Shown: positions 47,998 to 51,823 of the stretch, piece by piece | Position numbering within the stretch: position 1 is the first letter of the stretch | How the letters are laid out: every line of letters starts with the position of its first letter | Assembly (NCBI GenBank): GCA_964521755.1 | Contig: CAZFSZ010000004.1 | Location: 1 to 51,823, forward strand | DNA: 51,823 nucleotides | Origin: an uncultured Methanosarcinales archaeon | GTDB lineage: Archaea; Nanobdellota; Nanobdellia; Woesearchaeales; WJKL01 | Direction of reading: 5' to 3' | Position numbers and translations under genes: made by a program | The notes under the pieces: model-generated | Told to the model about the DNA's origin: nothing | Seen by the model: the letters and a program-made list of their open reading frames with translations, nothing else | Database searches by the model: none

Positions 47998-48759
47998 ATG
48001 GTTAATAGAAACCTTGTATCATATATTAAACAGCAGATTAATGCAGGATATGATATAAATACTATAAGGAATTTTCTCATCAGAAACGGCTATAACAAAA
48101 AAGAGATTGATGAAGCTGTTGATTATGCATATAAAAGAAAGAAAGGAATCTCACTGCCGATAATATTTGGCATAATACTTGTTTTGATAGCGATAATCTT
48201 TGGTGTTTTTTTGATGATAGGGGGAGAGGAGGAAGAAAGTATTAAAACAACAGAGATAGTGCCTGAAGAGGAATTCAGAGAGCCTGAAGAAACAATTACT
48301 GAAGAGGAAACTTTTGAAGAAGAAAAAGAAGATATAATTCCAGAAGAAACAACAGGAGGGGAAGAAGAAATATTATGCGGGAACAATGTCTGTGATTTTG
48401 GAGAGAATTATCTGAACTGTCCTCAAGACTGCGAGCCTGTTGAAAGTTCACCTACTTCTCCTGAAGAAGATGAAGTGCTTTTTAGAGGGGAGATGATAGA
48501 CAGGGTAATAGCATTATCAGTCAACCCTAATGAAGCTGCTGGTTTTTGCGCTGATCAGGATCAGGAGATAGACAGAGACATCTGCTATGATAATCTTGCA
48601 GAGGCCTCCCAGGAAAGCAGCTGGTGTGAGAATATTGTTGATGACAACAGAAGAGACGGATGTTATGCTGAATTTGTATTGAACGGAGATTATACTGTCT
48701 GCGACAAGCTGACAAACAAATATCTAAGAGAAAGCTGTTTTAATCTGAGGAATATTTAA
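47998..48759 (+). CDS. Single-TM protein with acidic stalk and Cys-rich extracellular repeats
   Basis: N-terminal helical domain, TM, Glu-rich linker, CGNNVCDFGENYLNCPQDC, three C-x8-9-C repeats. Confidence 0.8.
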   Translation: MVNRNLVSYIKQQINAGYDINTIRNFLIRNGYNKKEIDEAVDYAYKRKKGISLPIIFGIILVLIAIIFGVFLMIGGEEEESIKTTEIVPEEEFREPEETITEEETFEEEKEDIIPEETTGGEEEILCGNNVCDFGENYLNCPQDCEPVESSPTSPEEDEVLFRGEMIDRVIALSVNPNEAAGFCADQDQEIDRDICYDNLAEASQESSWCENIVDDNRRDGCYAEFVLNGDYTVCDKLTNKYLRESCFNLRNI

Positions 48760-48795
48760 GCGATTGAATTCTGAAATATTTTAAACTGAAATGGC

Positions 48796-50280
48796 TTATT
48801 TTATCTTCTTGAACAGAATTTCTGGCTTTCCAATCTTGTGGTTCTTTAATTCAAAATTTAGATCATTCCAAGTTAAGTCATTAAGATTCAGCTGTTTCTG
48901 CAGATTTTTAGATGCTTCAGGCATTATTGGCTGCAGTAATATAGACAAGTTCTTTGCTAAATTAACACTTGTTCCCAAGACATCCTGTGAGCTTTCTTTA
49001 TTTTTCCAGGGTTCTTTTTTCTGGAAATACTGGTTGCCTAAAGCTGATATTGAAAGTATCAGTTCAATCGCTTTTTTGAAATCATATTCTTCATAGGCTT
49101 TTTTTACTTCATCGAACTTTGATTTTATATCTACTATAATATCATCTTCATCAATATCTTTGATCTCTGAACTGTAATTTTTTTCTGTGAAAGACAAAAC
49201 ACGATAGCAGAAGTTTGAAAAATTACCGGAAAGCTCTGTGTTCAATTTTTGCTGAACAAGTTTCTCTGAATATTCTCCGTCCCCGTCTTTAGGCATAGAG
49301 CCAAGGATATAGAATCTGAACTGGTCTGTTCCATATTTTTTTACCTGTTCAAATGGTTCGATCACATTACCTGTTGATTTTCCCATCTTTGCCCCTTCAC
49401 TCAAGACCCAGCCGTGTACAAATAATTCTTTTGGAAGTTTTATTCCAGCTGAGATAAGCATCGCAGGCCAAAAAGCTGCATGAAATCTTAATATATCTTT
49501 TCCTATCACATGGCAGTCAGCAGGCCAGTGGTTTTTGAATCTTTCCTGGTCTGTTCCATAACCAACACCTGTGATATAATTAGACAATGCATCGCACCAA
49601 ACATACATATTTTGAGAATCATCTCCTGGAACTGGAATTCCCCACGGCAAAGTTGTCTTTGGCCTTGAGAATGAGATGTCTTTTGCATTTTCCAAGAAAG
49701 ACAGTATTTCATTTTTTCTTATTTCAGGAATGACTTTGTAGTCATCGTTCTTTATCTTTTCAATAACTTGGTCTTTGTATTTTGAAAGCTTAAAAAAATA
49801 ATTTTCCTCTTCAACAGTTTCTATATCTCTTGTTGGATGTTCAGGACATTTTCCATCTACTAATTCTTTTTCTGTCTTGAATGCTTCGCAGCCAGTGCAG
49901 TACAATCCCCTATATTTTTTCTTGTAGATATCTCCTGATTTGACAAGTTCCTCCCAAAGTTTGACTGCTCCTGGATAATGGTTTTTTTCATCTGTAGTCC
50001 TGATGAAATTATCATAGTCTATCTTTAAGAGTTTGTAAAGATCTTTGAATACCTGGACGTTTTCATCAAGAAATTCCATTACATCCTTTTTTTGTTTTTT
50101 TGCAGTTTCCCAATTTTTTGTTCCGTGTTCATCTGTTCCGGTCTGAAAGAAAACATCTTTTCCAAGAAGCTTATGAAATCTTGCTAAAGTATCTGCCTGG
50201 ATTATCTCTAATGCGTGCCCCATATGAGGTTTGCCATTAGGATATGCAATTGCTGTTGTTACATAAAATTTTTTAGTCAT
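48796..50280 (-). CDS. metG: Methionine--tRNA ligase
   Basis: YPNGKPHMGH, TGTDEHG, YVWCDAL, IGKDILRFH, KMGKS. Confidence 0.96.
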   Translation of the reverse strand: MTKKFYVTTAIAYPNGKPHMGHALEIIQADTLARFHKLLGKDVFFQTGTDEHGTKNWETAKKQKKDVMEFLDENVQVFKDLYKLLKIDYDNFIRTTDEKNHYPGAVKLWEELVKSGDIYKKKYRGLYCTGCEAFKTEKELVDGKCPEHPTRDIETVEEENYFFKLSKYKDQVIEKIKNDDYKVIPEIRKNEILSFLENAKDISFSRPKTTLPWGIPVPGDDSQNMYVWCDALSNYITGVGYGTDQERFKNHWPADCHVIGKDILRFHAAFWPAMLISAGIKLPKELFVHGWVLSEGAKMGKSTGNVIEPFEQVKKYGTDQFRFYILGSMPKDGDGEYSEKLVQQKLNTELSGNFSNFCYRVLSFTEKNYSSEIKDIDEDDIIVDIKSKFDEVKKAYEEYDFKKAIELILSISALGNQYFQKKEPWKNKESSQDVLGTSVNLAKNLSILLQPIMPEASKNLQKQLNLNDLTWNDLNFELKNHKIGKPEILFKKIK

Positions 50281-50381
50281 AAGAAATAAATGAAGGATTT
50301 TTGTTTATAAACTTTTGGTTTATTATTGATATGGATTAAAAAACACAGACTTTTTAAATTATTATTTAGTATATATAGTAT

Positions 50382-51302
50382 ATGGCTTTGATAATCCCTG
50401 CTGAATTGAATTTTTTGGATAAGATAGAAGCCAATATCCAAAAATACCCTGGGCTTTTTGACACCAATATTTTTATCCCTGTGCTTTTTTATGAGATCAC
50501 TGAATGCTGCAGTGTGGAAGTTGATGAACATACAAGGGAAAAGCTTGAAAAAATCATAAGATTGACAGAAAGCAGGAAGAATGTAAGATATGAATCAGGG
50601 AATGAACTGGATTATTTCATGGAAAGCTATAAGAATAAAAACAAGTTCAGAGAAGATGAATTAGGAACAAGAGAATATCAGGAAAAATATTTTCAGAAAC
50701 TTTTTCAGATTATGGATTTGCCTAATTTTTTTAGCATAGAGAATGTGTTAAAGGAGTGCAGGCATGGGATAATGCATTATCTAGCTCAGGCAAGATGGGC
50801 AAGAACAAACTCAAAAACAACCAAAAAAAGAGGCTCTGAGAGACTCCAGGCTTTCAAGGCCGCTGAAAGGATAAACAAACAAAGGACGAACGGGATGAGC
50901 AGATGCCTGAACAGGTTGAGAGATAAAACAATTACAGATGAAGATATAGAAGAAAAAGTATTTTATGAAAATATCTTTTCTATCATCATGGAGGAAACAA
51001 TTAAAAAAGAGATAAGCACCAACAAATACAGGACTGACCAGCATCTGCTGGCAAATGCATTTTATCTATCAGCAGCAAAAAGTGAGCATGTTGATATATA
51101 TACTTTTGATTCTGATTTCAGCAAGCTTTTTGAAAGCTCTGCAAGAAGGTCAATAAAAGAAATAAAAAAAAAGCATGATATGCTTGATGTGTCAGTAAAC
51201 AGGATATTATATTACGACAGGATATTGATAAAAAGAGCCAAATATGAGAAGAGATTAATAAAAGAAAATAAATTTAAAGATAATCTTGTTTTTATTTCTT
51301 AG
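50382..51302 (+). CDS. PIN-like domain protein with large insertion
   Basis: LFDTNIF, NVLKE, TDQHLLA, YTFDSDF in PIN order. Confidence 0.55.
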   Translation: MALIIPAELNFLDKIEANIQKYPGLFDTNIFIPVLFYEITECCSVEVDEHTREKLEKIIRLTESRKNVRYESGNELDYFMESYKNKNKFREDELGTREYQEKYFQKLFQIMDLPNFFSIENVLKECRHGIMHYLAQARWARTNSKTTKKRGSERLQAFKAAERINKQRTNGMSRCLNRLRDKTITDEDIEEKVFYENIFSIIMEETIKKEISTNKYRTDQHLLANAFYLSAAKSEHVDIYTFDSDFSKLFESSARRSIKEIKKKHDMLDVSVNRILYYDRILIKRAKYEKRLIKENKFKDNLVFIS

Positions 51303-51699
51303 GTTTTTTCATCTTCTTAGTTATCCCTATCTTCTTGCCGCATTTTCCGCATTTGAAAACATATGCCTTTACTCCCTTCCATGTCTTTCTCTTGTATTCA
51401 GTCTCAGCTTCTCCCTCATTACCGCAGAAAGGGCATTTGTATTCTATCTCAACTGTAAGAGTGGGGTCAAACTCTTCTTTTGAAACAGTATATCCGCATT
51501 CAGGGCATTTGTATTCTTTTGCCCTTATCTTTACCTTTCCTGTTTTTTCGTTAACAGGCTTTCCCATAATCCCTTTTTTGCATTTAGGGCATTTAGGCTT
51601 TTTGACCCATGCAATTATATTTCCTTCTCCTTCATCTAATTTGATTTTTCTGTTTGTAAAATAAAAACACTCGTCCATTGATTCCGGCATTGTTACCAT
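51292..51699 (-). CDS. Multi-Zn-ribbon protein
   Basis: Four CxxC motifs; GAGGTG SD supports ATG at 51699. Confidence 0.85.
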   Translation of the reverse strand: MVTMPESMDECFYFTNRKIKLDEGEGNIIAWVKKPKCPKCKKGIMGKPVNEKTGKVKIRAKEYKCPECGYTVSKEEFDPTLTVEIEYKCPFCGNEGEAETEYKRKTWKGVKAYVFKCGKCGKKIGITKKMKKPKK

Positions 51700-51801
51700 T
51701 TTGTTGCACCTCGTGATTTTGATAAAATAAAAAATAGATAAGGAATTTATAAAGTTTTTGGGTTGGGACAGTATCTCCGAACGCAGTCGTGATGGTATAT
51801 A

Positions 51802-51820
51802 CAAAAATCAAAGATTTTTG
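51802..51820. repeat. Short perfect inverted repeat CAAAAATC-AAA-GATTTTTG
   Basis: 8-bp arms, 3-nt loop, intergenic at the window edge. Confidence 0.35.
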
Positions 51821-51823
51821 ATT

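Overview
AT-rich, densely coding archaeal chromosomal window. The archaeal call rests on TFB, ribosomal eS1, Dph6-like and RibL-like genes, and TTTATA/BRE promoters. The gene style (K-[G/A]-Q prepilin-like giant proteins, wHTH-MNT/HEPN pairs, bacterial-type GyrB/DnaK/MetRS) suggests a DPANN archaeon, probably Woesearchaeota; this is an inference. Main blocks: (1) 54-1531, a retropepsin-like protease plus a RimK-type ATP-grasp ligase with an AbrB-like tail. (2) A kinase-like ORF, AbrB-PhoU, gyrB and rps3ae. (3) 7646-9345, an intact GGDEF diguanylate cyclase followed by a degenerate GGDEF-like ORF. (4) Housekeeping genes, a divergent TFB and four unknown ORFs. (5) 17686-26228, a 13-gene hsp20-grpE-dnaK-dnaJ run interleaved with NUDIX/HD/HAD/CYTH/MBL/GNAT genes, with tandem palindromic operators and a divergent wHTH regulator. 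(6) 29485-47868, two paralogous copies of an uncharacterised cell-surface module (giant prepilin-like protein + Ig/Cys-rich secreted protein(s) + multi-pass membrane protein) separated by a toxin-antitoxin insert. (7) metG, a PIN-like ORF and a Zn-ribbon ORF. Several small ORFs and two gene remnants missed by the ORF track were read by hand. No rRNA, tRNA, CRISPR array or transposase was recognised. All family assignments come from motif reading, not database searches.
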